A DNA stretch of 64,000 bases from Eledone cirrhosa. Its lineage: Eukaryota. Shown here piece after piece: positions 47,822 through 61,189 of this stretch. The notes beneath the pieces were generated by a model. The model saw nothing but the letters and a program-made list of their open reading frames with translations. It ran no database searches and was not told the origin of the DNA. Position 1 is the first letter of the stretch, and every line of letters begins with the position of its first letter. Location of the stretch: the NCBI GenBank assembly GCA_964016885.1, contig OZ024755.1, forward strand, positions 35,898,001 to 35,962,000, in the 5' to 3' direction. A program made the position numbers and the translations under genes.

Positions 47822-49413
47822 ACTACCAGCAGCAACAACCAAATAAAGCGCTGCAAAGTTAATTGTTGTCATGGACTACTTCAATTTAAATACAAATCAA
47901 AACAAAGCTTGACAATGTCTTTAACAAATCTCTATATAATGTTTCTACTTTTGGCACAAGGCCAGCAATTACCCTAGTGCATTACTGGTACTTTATTTTA
48001 TCGACCCTATAAGGATGAAAGGCAAAGTTAAAACTCGGCGAATTTGAACTCAGTCCATACATAGAGGCCAACGTAAAGGGCCATAACTCTGTGCTGTAAA
48101 GCAAGGTTTCTGACAATGTACCTATACTAACGCACCCTGATAGAATGGATCACTGCAGTTGCAACAGAATTTACAAATAGTAATGGAACTCTGAAAATAG
48201 ATACAATAATACTGAGAAATGGCAGATGAGAAAAGTAAACTGTTAAAATTTGCTTCAAATGACAACCAGCCATCAAAACAGCCATATCACAGTATTAGGA
48301 AAATAATACATTTGCTGGTAAAAGTAGTGATTTCAGCAACAGAGAATCTTTATGTGCTTATTTGTATCTGTGAAACTGTGTGTGTGTCTGTGAATCTGTG
48401 TGTGTGTGTCTGTGAATATGTGCGGGTCTGTATGTGTGTGTGTGAATCTGCATGTGTGTGTGTGTGTCTGTGAATCTGTATGTGTGTGTCTGTGAAACTG
48501 TGAAAACGTGTGTGTGTGTGTGTGAATCTGCGTGTGCCTGTATATGTATACAGTGGTTATTAATACTTAAATATGCTCAAATTGAGGAGAGAAAGAGAGT
48601 GATAAAGAAACACATAGAGAGGGAGGAAAAGATAAAGGGGAAGAGGATTGAGACTGTATGGCCCCAGATTTAGAATCAATAAAGAGTATCAAGTTTAAAA
48701 AAAAACAAAAAGTAAAAAAATAAAGGTAGAAAAAAAATTCAAATGGGACATGATAAATGTAATGTGATATGGTATTTGCATTGGCTATATATTTGGGCAG
48801 TCAATTATAGACATAGATGATATATTTGACTACATAATGATTAGAACAATAAATCAACCAGCAGAATATAGTATCAGAATCTAGAGCCTCTATGCTCAGA
48901 TTCTACTTCTGCTAGACTCCAAATGTATATTTTAAATTTTTTTCTCTTCCTTTGGATTTTTTGGTCATCAAAACATTAGTTTGAACACTGCTAACTCTCA
49001 GAGAAATGTTCTAATTAGACCAGAGACCGATAGTATTTAACTACCACTAATATAAAGGTCATACGTTCTAATGTAGCTACAGTTAGATATATAGGGTGTT
49101 GCAAAAAATTTGATATCAATGGCCTGTAGCCAAAGTTGTCACATTAAAATATATATTTTAGTATTTTAGATTTAGTGTTATAATTGTTTCTACTTTTAGC
49201 ACAAGGCCAGCAATTATCCCAGTGTATTACTGGTACTTTATTTCATCGACCCCATAAGGATGAAAGGCAAAGTTAACCTCAGCGGGATTTGAACTCAGAC
49301 CATAAGGGGCGTAACTCTTTACTGCAAAGCATGGTGTCTGACCCTCTACCGATTCTGCTAATGCACAATGTTGACTAATTTTGAGGAAGAAATCTTATGT
49401 TGCTCAACATTAA

Positions 49414-50423
49414 CCCTTTAGCATTTCAATCAGCCAAGTCCGGCCAGAATTCTCTCACATCTTTCTGTTCAAACTGGCCTCAACCAACTCCTCATACCAA
49501 TGTTAAGGTATTGTTTGCAAAATAAATAATATCAAAATCTCATAGATTTGATATTATGTGAGATATTATGTGAGGTAAAGCCTTTACTGTGAAAATACAA
49601 TAGTATATATAGAGTAATGTAAATATTATGTGAGATATTATTTGAGGTAAAATCTTTACTGTGAAAATACAATAGTATATATAGAGTAATTTAAATGTTA
49701 TGTGAGATATTATGTGAGATAAAGCCTTTACTGTGAAAATATAATAGTATATATAGAGTAATGTAAATGTTATGAGATATTATTTGAGGTAAAGCCTTTA
49801 CTGTGAAAATACAATAGTATATATAGAGTAATGTAAATGTTATGTGAGATATTATGTGAGGTAAAGTCTTTACTGTGACAATACAATAGTATATATAGAG
49901 TAATGTACATGTTATGTGAGATATTATGTGAGGTAAAGCCTTTACTGTGAAAATACAATAGTATATATAGAGTAATGTAAATGTTATGTGAGATATTATG
50001 TGAGGTAAAGTCTTTACTGTGACAATACAATAGTATATATAGAGTAATGTACATGTTATGTGAGATATTATGTGAGGTAAAGCCTTTACTGTGAAAATAC
50101 AATAGTATATATAGAGTAATGTAAATGTTATGTGAGATATTATGTGAGGTAAAGCCTTTACTGTGAAAATACAATAGTATATATAGAGTAATGTAAATGT
50201 TATGTGAGATATTATGTGAGGTAAAGCCTTTACTGTGAAAATACAATAGTATATATAGAGTAATGGAACTGCTATGTGAGATATTATGTGAGATAAAGCC
50301 TTTACTCTGAAAATACAATAGTATATATAGAGTAATGTAAATGTTATGTGATATATTATGTGAGGTAAAGTCTTTACTGTGAAAATACAATAGTATATAT
50401 AGAGTAATGTAAATGCTAAAGGG
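49414..50423 (-). mobile_element. piggyBac-like MITE P1 with about 12 tandem copies of its internal ~71-bp segment
   Basis: TTAA|ccctttagcattt...aaatgctaaaggg|TTAA, with the array at about 49555-50410. Confidence 0.9.
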
Positions 50424-51005
50424 TTAAGCCTGCTCAATCTCGTTGTTCTGGAATATTTACATCTCAAATTATATCTAATCTTATTAAACACCTGTACTAC
50501 ACCTTTTTATACAGTAACCCAACACCCTCAAACTGCTCCTATCTTTCCCAAATCTCATACCAATTGGCAAATAAAGCAGGTTTTTTTTGAAAAAAATCAA
50601 CTCTCAAATACTCTATAGCCTCTTTTAAGCCAAATTCCAAGTCATCAACCACTTTCACAGCACCACCATCAACAACATTTTCTGTATTACAAACCTCTCA
50701 ACATGAGAGAAACTGGTCATCACCAACTGGAAGTGATCACCTCCAGAATGTCCATAGTAACACCTGACCACTCTCTCTGACTATAGTTTGAGCTTTAAGT
50801 TCATAAAGCCCCTGGCAACATGACATATCCTTCACGTGCAAACACACGGGGAGAGGGGGGGTATCCTCATTTGGTCTCTAGGCACTTCTTTACCCACAGA
50901 TATTAATGAACACCTTTTGTTCACCAAGTTGACGTTGCCCTTTTCAATTTCTTTGCAGTTTGTCAATCTCTATTCTGGGTGAATGGGCAAATAATTTGTG
51001 TTGGT

Positions 51006-51815
51006 GACATGACAAAAAGCACTCAGCCCACACTGTAAAGTGGTCGTGTAGATGTCATGACAAAAAGCACCCAGCCCACACTGTAAAGTGGTCGTGTAGA
51101 TGTCATGACAAAAAGCACCCAGCCCACACTGTAAAGTGGTCGTGTAGATGTCCTGACAAAAAGCATCCAGCCCATACTGTAAAGTGGTCGTGTAGATGTC
51201 ATGACAAAAAGCATCCAGCCCACACTGTAAAGTGGTCGTGTAGATGTCATTACAAAAAGCATCCAGCCCACACTGTAAAGTGGTCGTGATGGTGACAGCA
51301 AAAAGCACCCAGCCCACACTGTAAAGTGGTCGTGATGGTGACAGGAAAAAGCACCCAGCCCACACTGTAAAGTGGTCGTGATGGTGACAGCAAAAAGCAC
51401 CCAGCCCACACTGTAAAGTGGTCGTGATGGTGACAGCAAAAAGCACCCAGCCCACACTGTAAAGTGGTCGTGATGGTTACAGCAAAAAGCACCCAGCCCA
51501 CACTGTAAAGTGGTCGTGATGGTTACAGCAAAAAGCACCCAGCCCACACTGTAAAGTGGTCGTGATGGTGACAGCAAAAAGCACCCAGCCCACACTGTAA
51601 AGTGGTCATGTAGGTGCCACGACAAAAAGCACCCAATATTTACTGTAAATGAGGTTGGTGTTAGGAAGAGCATCCGGCTGTAGAAATCAAGTCAGAATCA
51701 GTTCTGTATTTGCAAGACATGGTCACCTGACCTGGCATTACCCACAACAGGATGATTTGTGTAACCCATGCCAGCGTGGAAAAATGGACGTTAAATGGTG
51801 ATGATGGTGATGATA
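51006..51815 (+). mobile_element. RTE 3' UTR fragment with about 14-15 tandem copies of the 42-bp-type unit
   Basis: Same unit family as 33098-33706, in two variant blocks (…gtgtagatgtcatgac… then …gtgatggtgacagc…). Tail with (GAT)n. Confidence 0.88.
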
Positions 51816-52227
51816 TCTATAAACAATAGCACCAAATGGAAATAATAAAACAGCCCCAGCTGATTTGAAGAGCTCATCTAGGAGCAGATAATCTATAATC
51901 TATCATATTTCAACTCATCATGATTATTGCAAAATCATATGCATGATGTATGGGAGTGTAAACATATACAGCATAACAGCAAGAATATAATATAGTGAGA
52001 GAGAGAGAGAGAGAGAGAGAGCAATGGTTATCATTGAGAAATAGAATGAGTGAGCTATCAAGATTTCTATTGATAATAGATAGAGGAGCTGGTAATTTAT
52101 GACTGAATAATGCTGTGAAAAATGATCAAATATTCATATGTAAAAAAAAAGCAACAAATGAAAACAGTTGCTCTCTGAAATTAATAAGACGAGAGCAAAT
52201 AATAGAGTATGGTGGCAGTATTTGAAT

Positions 52228-52228
52228 G

Positions 52229-52309
<81 letters not shown>

Positions 52310-52373
52310 TTATGTATACATATATTTATGTATACATATATATATATATATGTATACATATATTTATGTATAC

Positions 52374-52407
<34 letters not shown>

Positions 52408-52455
52408 TTATACATATATATATATATGTATACATATATATATATATATATATGT

Positions 52456-52501
<46 letters not shown>

Positions 52502-52557
52502 ACATATATATATACATATATATATGTATACATATATATATACATATATATATATAC

Positions 52558-52624
<67 letters not shown>

Positions 52625-52637
52625 CATATATATATAC

Positions 52638-52668
<31 letters not shown>

Positions 52669-52692
52669 CATATATATATATGTATACATATA

Positions 52693-52723
<31 letters not shown>

Positions 52724-53007
52724 GTATATATATACATATATATATATGTATACATATATATATATGTATACATATATATATATGTATACATATATATATA
52801 TATGTATACATATATATATACATATATATATATGTATATATATACATATATATGTATACATATATATATATGTATACATATATATATGTATATATATATA
52901 TTTGTATACATATATATATATGTATACATATATATATGTATACATATATATATGTATACATATATATATATGTATATATATATATGTATATATACATATA
53001 TATATAT
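52228..53007. repeat. ~780-bp degenerate (TA)n/(TACATA)n microsatellite
   Basis: Directly visible. Confidence 0.97.
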
Positions 53008-53195
53008 CACCCAGCACACACTGTAAATGTGGTTGACGTTAGGAAGGGCATCCAGCCGTTTGCCAGAAACAGTCCTATATGAGCGAGACACAGTCACTCG
53101 ATCCAACTTGCCTCAAATGGGACAAACCCGTCTAACCCATGCTAGCAGGGAAAATCGACATTAAACGATGATGATGATGATGATATACACATGTA

Positions 53196-53586
53196 CGAGG
53201 GTAATCCCAAAAGTAAGGTCTCCAAAGCGATGGGGACGCAGAGAAACTGTTTGTACGGCTGTTGGCAACACTGTTGTGATTGGTGCTTCCTTCACTCTCA
53301 AACAAACAAGCGCGCGCTTCGCTGGGATGTTCAATCTTGGCTTGACAGCCGTTGAGAATGGAGCTCCCATTGAACGTTACCGCCAAGTGTGAATTTCGCG
53401 CAGTTATTATATAGAGGGCAATCCCAAAAGTAAGGTCTCCTTCCGAGGAAAACATGTGTAAAGATCGGCGGATCACTCTGGATGCTCTCTGCATTTTGGT
53501 TCCTGAGTTTCCCGAAGCACCATCCACAGAAATTTTATCGGAAGTTGCAATATCGGAAGGAGACCTTACTTTTGGGATTGCCCTCA
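53196..53586 (+). mobile_element. Internally deleted mariner element with three TIR copies
   Basis: TA|cgagggtaatcccaaaagtaaggtctcc ... ggagaccttacttttgggattgccctca|TA. Transposase remnants MELPLNVTAKCEFRAVI and KDRRITLDALCILVPE; an extra TIR lies at about 53413-53446. Confidence 0.88.
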
Positions 53587-54398
53587 TAGATACACAAATG
53601 GTGATTGTGATGATGGTAACACATATGTATCATTTAAAACCATGTTTTATCAAATGAATGGAGTGCAAATTGTCAATTAAATCTGCCAATCAGAGCTAAA
53701 AAGAAGCTGGTAGGTAACATAGGCTGGCATACTTCATTCTTGTGGCTAGAACTTTACTGGCAGAGGTTACAGTAATAAACGAATTGGATTTAGAAGGAAA
53801 CAAAATTCTCCTCTAGTAACTCAATAAGAAAATTATATAATGTAGCTCCTTTGTATCAATAGCTTAAATGGTACTTTGTAATCCATATAACAACTTTAAT
53901 ATATCAATCTGCCAAAGTTATGTTGTAGAATAATTCACCACTGACAAAATCCAATGGAAATTACACAAAAATGTTCCATTATGTTCTAATAATTCATACT
54001 TCATAGAAACATTTCCCCAACAAATTTTCGGCTTTATCACCATCTTTTGATAATTTAGAAGGAAATTAACAGGCACAGAGTAAAGACTTCACATAAACAA
54101 ACTGCAAATAATACATTAAGTGTTACTTGTTATACATATATAAAAAGTAAAACCTTACAGTTTCACTTTTGGCTATTAGAATTGTCATCAGCTGGCAATA
54201 ATATATATTATTTTACTTTAGCTCAGGGGAAACATAACTCATTAAGCTGGATATGATTTGACAAATGCTCATTTACTTAGGATGTGGTATAAAGATGAAT
54301 TGCTGGATGATCATAGCAGATGAGAGTCAGAAGGGTTGATGATGACAAAACAACAACAACAAAAAAAAACGCATACAAAACACAGAAAGTGTTTGTTT

Positions 54399-54431
<33 letters not shown>

Positions 54432-54437
54432 CATATG

Positions 54438-54806
54438 CAAAAGTTCTATTTAAATTGTTGGGATACAACAAGCAAATATTTTTATAACTGATATAAAGCA
54501 CTCGACAAGTATTTGGAGTAGATATACGATATTAACAAATGGAAACTATATTTATAAAACCATATTTATTTCATTATACATATTTCAAGGATACCAAGTT
54601 AAATTATGGTGTGCCTTCATCAGTTCTCCACGTTTCTCTCTCTCTCTCTCTCCGTTTTTTTACTTATCCTTAACACTACGACTTACTAAAATAAACAAAC
54701 CACTATCCTGATGTCTTCCAAAAGTAACGGTCGCATTTTGAAAGGGTATGTCAATGTTTATTTATAAAACTGGTATATATTGTATTTTGTCTGATGAAGG
54801 CATACC
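54438..54806. mobile_element. Second copy of the Penelope-like element of 2298-2726
   Basis: Colinear homology including the minus-strand CTGATGA-stem-GAAA motif and a truncated plus-strand ctgatgaaggcatacc. Confidence 0.72.
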
Positions 54807-54954
54807 TTATACGTAATTGTACGTAGACGTATGTTCTGGATATTTACTTATATATATTTTTCTCTTCAATTTTTTTGCCTGTTATTCGATTTCCGCCTCA
54901 CTTTCATATTTCCTAAATTTTGTTTTCAAATTCATATTCAATAAACACACCATT

Positions 54955-55022
54955 TTATTTGTGCTGACGACTGAAGACAGATATAAATATCAGCCTTCAA
55001 GAAACCACTGGTAAATGAAATA
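54955..55022 (+). ncRNA. Degenerate hammerhead-like motif
   Basis: CTGACGA-ctgaag..cttcaa-GAAAC-cactg-GTA; stem I pairs poorly. Confidence 0.4.
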
Positions 55023-55317
55023 ATTATCTTACGTTGTTTATTACATAACTAAAAAGCTCTGTAGCCTACATAGAGCACTCTCTTTCCTTTACCTTTCCTA
55101 CTGAAATACTTCATTTATATATATATATATATATATATTAAAATAACAGATTCAAGTTTAAGCAAAGAATTGTTGCTTTCACCCTTAACGGGATCTTCTG
55201 AAACATTTTCAGAAGATCTTAGACTTTAATCTGTTATTTTAATAAATATTTGCTCTACGGTTTTTATATATATATATATATTATCCTTATTGACCCATTT
55301 CGGATTTTAGTCTTTAC

Positions 55318-55808
55318 TGTGTGTGTATACATATTTTGTATTCTCTGTGTGTGTGTATACATATTTTGTAATCTCTGTGTGTGTGTATACATATTTTGTA
55401 TTCTCTGTGTGTGTGTATACATATTTTGTAATCTCTGTGTGTGTGTATACATATTTTGTATTCTCTGTGTGTGTGTAAACATATTTTGTATTCTCTGTGT
55501 GTGTGTATACATATTTTGTATTCTCTGTGTGTGTGTATACATATTTTGTAATTTCTGTGTGTGTGTATACATATTTTGTAATCTCTGTGTGTGTGTATAC
55601 ATATTTTGTAATCTCTGTGTGTGTGTATACATATTTTGTAATCTCTGTGTGTGTGTATACATATTTTGTATTCTCTGTGTGTGTGTAAACATATTTTGTA
55701 TTCTCTGTATGTGTGTATACATATTTTGTATTCTCTGTGTGTGTGTATACATATTTTGTATTGTCTGTGTGTGTGTATACATATTTTGTATTGTCTGTGT
55801 ATACATAT
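55318..55808. repeat. 30-bp tandem array, about 16 copies
   Basis: Unit gtgtgtatacatattttgtattctctgtgt. Confidence 0.96.
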
Positions 55809-55924
55809 TCTTTTATCCCATTCTTTCTGCCTCAAGTGGGACAACTCCCATCTAACCCATGCTAGCATGGAAAGTGGACGTTAAACGAAGATGATGATGA
55901 TGATGATAATATATATATATATAG

Positions 55925-56901
55925 TGGTAGAACACTGGAAGGTAATATCCGTAGTGGTAAGGCACTTAGTCCATACTGCGGTGTAGGTGCAACAAAAGGG
56001 GTCTTAGTTTTACAGTGTCAATAACACACCAACGTACACAGGGCCCAGATTTGCATGTGATGAAAGCATGAAGCGTCAACAGGGCGCGCACGAAAATTTT
56101 AAGGTCTTCCTCATTTCCTCAATGCCCCGAAAATGGTCCTGCTTAAAAGTAAGTAAGTATTGTGCCCTCTGTTAAATAAACCAAAGTTTAACAAAATATT
56201 ATATGCTACTTACGATGTTTAAGCAGTGTTTATATTGAAAATGGCATGTGATGCCCAATGCTAATTCGTAAATTTTCTAGAAACCATTAATGGAATCGGA
56301 AATGTTTTCTGTGTAAAGTTTTAGGGATTTACACAGACACACAGACAGACATCTTGTTTTATATATATATAGACTAGCAGAAAACCACCGGGGGGGTTCT
56401 GCTAGTCTATATATCTAAAACAGAGAATGACTGTCTGTCTGTCAGCTCACTAAAACTTGAGAACCATCCAACCGATTGTTTTCAAACTTTAGACATGTAA
56501 TACTTATGGTCCTGTGAGTGTTTTGAGCAAAAAATTATTTCAAATTTTCAATGCCCTAGGGACCGCATTAGGCGATTTAGCATTCTCTCTATATAATTCT
56601 TAGTCTTTCTTTTTAGATAGATACATAGATATAACGTTGCGCTCTTATAATATCTGTCTGTATGTCTGGCTGTCTGCATTATGTCATTATGACGCGCTCA
56701 GTGTGTGTGTGTATATATATATATATATGTATCGTAATGCAGACAGCAAGACATAGCTTTCCTTCCCCTCTTCCAGCGTCTTTCTCTCTCCCTCCCGCTA
56801 TCCCCCTCTTGTAGTCTGTCTCTTTCTTTCACTCTCACTCTCTCTCTACGCGTCGGACAGACAGACAGACAGAGAAATTACTGGTTATATATTATAAGGA
56901 G
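55925..56901. mobile_element. Cluster of Helitron-like 5' ends (minus from 56373, plus from 56406, minus from 56901)
   Basis: Each starts TC(TA)n or TCTCCTTATAATATAT followed by (CTGT)n. A central hairpin ctagcagaa..ttctgctag lies at 56374-56405. Confidence 0.6.
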
Positions 56902-57789
56902 ATAATTGTTTCTACTTTAGGCACAAGGCCAGCAATTACCCAGTTCATTACTGGTACTTTATTTTATCGACCCCGTACTACTACCACCACCATAATCACT
57001 GCTGGTGTTGCTGCTACTACTACTATATTACCAGCACCAGCACTACTACAACCACCACCGTCACCACCACCTATACTGCATTACACACTCAAGAGTCCAC
57101 CCAGATGTCTTCTTCTTTCTAGTGTACGTTAGAGAGATACCTCTCAAACATTTAATATAATTAATTTATCAAAGGGAGTCCAACTATGGACAGTTGTTAT
57201 TTAAGACATCATCTAAACTGGTCACAATGTAACAACTAGAAGAGCTAAAAAAAAAAAGAAACTCACCCCCATAGAAAAAATAAAATAAAATAAAAAAATA
57301 AAATAGAACATATAAATTTTAAAAAAAATTAAATTAAATTAAAATAAATAAAATTAAATAAAAAAAATAAAATAAAATAGTAATAAATAAAATTAAAAAA
57401 TTAATAAATAAAATAAAAAATAAATAAATAAAATAAAATAAAATAAAATTAATTTTTTTATAAATCTAAAAAATAAAACCTAACTAAAACATCTTTTGTT
57501 CGTAAGTTTGGTTCTGAAAAAAATAAAACAACTTTCTCAATATTTTACAAATTAAATTAACCTAAAAGTTTATGGTAATTTAATAGTCTCGACCAGTGCC
57601 AATGTCTATAGATTATTATCTAAGTACTTTTTATTTGTAATCATACTTTTTTAATCTTTCGTTTAAAACTCAATGTTTTTTCTCCCCCTTTATATATAGA
57701 TATGTATATATACACACACACACATATATATACATGCAGACACATGCACATATATATAGGCATGTATATACACACACACACACATATAT

Positions 57790-58455
57790 CATCATCATCA
57801 TCATCATCATTTAACATCTATCTTCCACGCTAGCATGGGTTTAGACGGGAATTGTCCCGTGAGGCAAGATTAGTTGTCTTGCTCGTATAGGACTGTCTGG
57901 CAGGTTTTCTACGGCCGGTTGCCCTTCCTAACACCAACCACATTTACAGTGTGGACTGGAGGTTTTTACCGTGTTACATACACGGCCACATTACAGCGTG
58001 GACTGTGTGTTTTTTTGTCGTGACACCTACACGACCTCATTTATTTAGGACTGGATGTTGTGGCAACAACATAACTTTAGGTGTAGATGGGGGTGGGGGT
58101 AAGGGTAGTGGGGTGGGGGTGTATTTTGGTTAAGAGGTGCCGACTGACTGTAGGTTTAGCTTTGTACTTAGGCAAGGCGGGTCTTCTGTATAACTGCGTA
58201 GTGCCAAAGATCTCGGTCCAGTGACATTGACTTGGAGAGATGTAAGTGTGTAAGGTCGGAATTTATCAAGTCGTCCCAGGTTTTTCTGGGTCTGCCTACT
58301 CCGTAGCTTCCGTCTATTTTAATCGCCCTGCACTTTTTTATACAGCTGTCGTCTTTCACGCGCATCACGTGACCATACCAACGTAGTCTTCTCTCGAGTA
58401 AACAGCATCTGATCTCTCTTATACCTAATTTCTCACTTAGTTCATTTATGTTTTG
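57790..58455 (-). mobile_element. RTE-A LINE 3' fragment with complete 3' UTR
   Basis: QNINELSEKLGIREIRCCLLERRLRWYGHVMRVKDDSCIKKC...GRPRKTWDDLINSDL...; closely similar to 26890-27550. Confidence 0.93.
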
Positions 58456-58470
58456 TATATATATAGATAT

Positions 58471-58507
<37 letters not shown>

Positions 58508-58550
58508 CATGCACACACATACATATATATAAATATATACATATATATTT

Positions 58551-58683
58551 AATATATAATATAGAAATGGCTTCTACAGGACTAGAACTGTTTCATTCGG
58601 GAGAAATCATCAAGAGAGCCCTGATGATTTCTTCTGAATGAAACAGTTCTAGTCCTGTAGAAACCATTTCTATATTATATATT
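58551..58683. repeat. Near-perfect palindrome with 62-bp arms and a hammerhead-like core (Penelope-like)
   Basis: Arms 58551-58612 and 58622-58683; CTGATGA-tttcttctgaat-GAAAC-agttcta-GTC. Confidence 0.75.
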
Positions 58684-59068
58684 GACTATTTATACTCTGC
58701 TATGTATTGAGTTCCTTACTTACTGTGGTTACCCCTGATTGAACCCAGGATAAACATATATATGTATAAACATACATATATATATAGATGTTTATCCTGG
58801 GCGTAGACATACAATATAACAGGAGGAACATAATAGTACCACTGATGATGTTGCAGATGTGCAACAAAAGTAGTTTGTTAGACTATATATATGTGTTTAT
58901 ATCCATATTTTTTACTGTTGGTCAGTTAATGATAAACATTGAGGACCAAATGAATTAACTGTGGAGATATAGAAGATACAGAAGCGAAAACAAACCAAAC
59001 AGTGAGTGTGTTCTGTTATTATTTCTGGCAATATTATTACAACAATACGACCCTCCCCAAGTATAACA

Positions 59069-59144
<76 letters not shown>

Positions 59145-59228
59145 TAAAATAACAGATTAAAGTTTAAGCAAAGAATCGCTGCTTTCACCCTTAACGGGAT
59201 CTTCTGAAACTAACAATTTTATTATTAT

Positions 59229-59288
<60 letters not shown>

Positions 59289-59607
59289 CCAGGGTTCCTG
59301 TTCCTCAGGGAACCACACTATATGGTATACCTGTTGATATAGGTCCAGCCCCTGCTTTCCCGGGTCCTGTTTCTGATCATAATGATCTCTAGGGATACGG
59401 GAATCAGTAGACAGGACCTGGGGGCAGTGATGGGGGACAGGGAATTCTGGGGCATGAGAGTGAGATCCATCATTTCGACAGTAGTCGAAGAATGATGATG
59501 ATGATGATATATATAGATATATATATATATAATTGGTGTTGGTTGCTTAAAGCATCCGTATGTGGTAGGCCGTATGAGCACTCAATGCCTTCATAGAGCA
59601 GAGTATG

Positions 59608-59930
59608 ATATCACATAAAAAAGAGAATCAGTGTTGCGACGAAAGGAATTTATTGGACATATTACAATTGTTTCTCGGGCGACGAGCTCGAAGCACGATC
59701 GCTATGGTGATCACATCTGACCCTGAAATCGCGCGGTCCTCGGACACGTCTCGATTCTACGGAGCAGATTTTCCTTCGTAGAATCGAGACGTATCCGAGG
59801 ACCGCGCGGTTTCAGGGTCAGGTTTGATCACCATAGCGATCGTGCTTCGAGCAGGTTGCCCGAGAAACAATTGTAATATGTCCAATAAATACCTTTCGTC
59901 GCAACACTGATTCTCTCTTTTCTGTGATAT
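59608..59930. repeat. Long CpG-rich near-perfect palindrome (157-bp arms, 9-nt loop)
   Basis: Arms 59608-59764 and 59774-59930; each contains GAAAC-aatt-GTA followed by aataaa. Confidence 0.92.
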
Positions 59931-60527
59931 ATTTTTCATTTCATTTTTTATGTCCGCTTTTTCCCTGCTTGCAAGGGTGGGACGGGAACTGATTCTGGCT
60001 TGATTTCTACAGCTGGATGCCCTTCCTAACACCAACCTCATTTACAGTGAGTGCTGGGTGCTTTTTTTCCGTGGCGCCTACACAACCACTTTGCAGTGGA
60101 ATGATAGGGACCCCTGTTCTATCATCTCATTTCTACAGCTGAGTAAACTGGAGCAATGTGAAATAAAGTGTCTTGCTCAAGGAAACAACACATCACCCGG
60201 TCTGAGAATTGAACTCACAACCTTTTGATTGCAAGGCCAATGCTCTAACCACTAAGCCATGTGCCTCCATCTATATATATATATAGACATGATGGGGTGT
60301 TGGATTTAGGATCATAACGTCGTGTGTTCGATTCCTGTGTTGTATTTTTGAGAAAAACACTTCATTTCACTTTGCTCCAGTATACTCAGCTGAAAATAAG
60401 TACCAGTAATAGCTGTGGGTTTAACTCTGCGATGGACTAGTGTTGTACTCTCAGTCGATTCACACCATGAAACCGGGATAAGCATGAGCCTAACGAACCT
60501 TCTCGCTTAAGACAAACTTTAGATTTT

Positions 60528-60604
60528 ATATATATATATACATGTATATATATATATATACATTTACATACACACATATACACACACATATATATATATA
60601 TACA

Positions 60605-60644
<40 letters not shown>

Positions 60645-60859
60645 CACACACATATATATATACACTCACATACTAATTTATACACACCCACCCACACATA
60701 CATATATATAGACACACACACACATATATATAGACACACACACACACATATATATATATACACACATATATATATATATACTCACATACATACACGCATT
60801 TATACACCAACACCCACACATACATACATATATATACACACACACACACATATATATAT

Positions 60860-60890
<31 letters not shown>

Positions 60891-60916
60891 CATACACTCA
60901 CCTAGACACACACACA
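60528..60916. repeat. (TA)n/(CA)n compound microsatellite
   Basis: Directly visible. Confidence 0.95.
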
Positions 60917-61189
60917 TCTAAACATGTAAGAATGTCCGCAGTAATATATAAGTACAAGTATATATACTTTAGATATTCTCCATTAAATTGGTGTAATAAA
61001 TATAATAGATAATTCCGAGGTTCCGACATATCAAATATGTGAGAGAACTAACGTACTCAACACTCTCACTCTCTCTCTCTCTCTCTCGTTAGAGAATTCA
61101 AAATATCATAAGTATTGTTTCCAAAGCTTTTAAACAATTTCCAGGTTTCAGTCAGCTGAGAGATACTCAGAAAAATGACCAATTCCAGG

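Noticed and set aside
52168-53106. Numerous Tyr/Ile-rich ORFs (also 18800-19341, 22213-22895, 25832-26491, 55250-55884)
   Set aside because: They are microsatellite or minisatellite translations.
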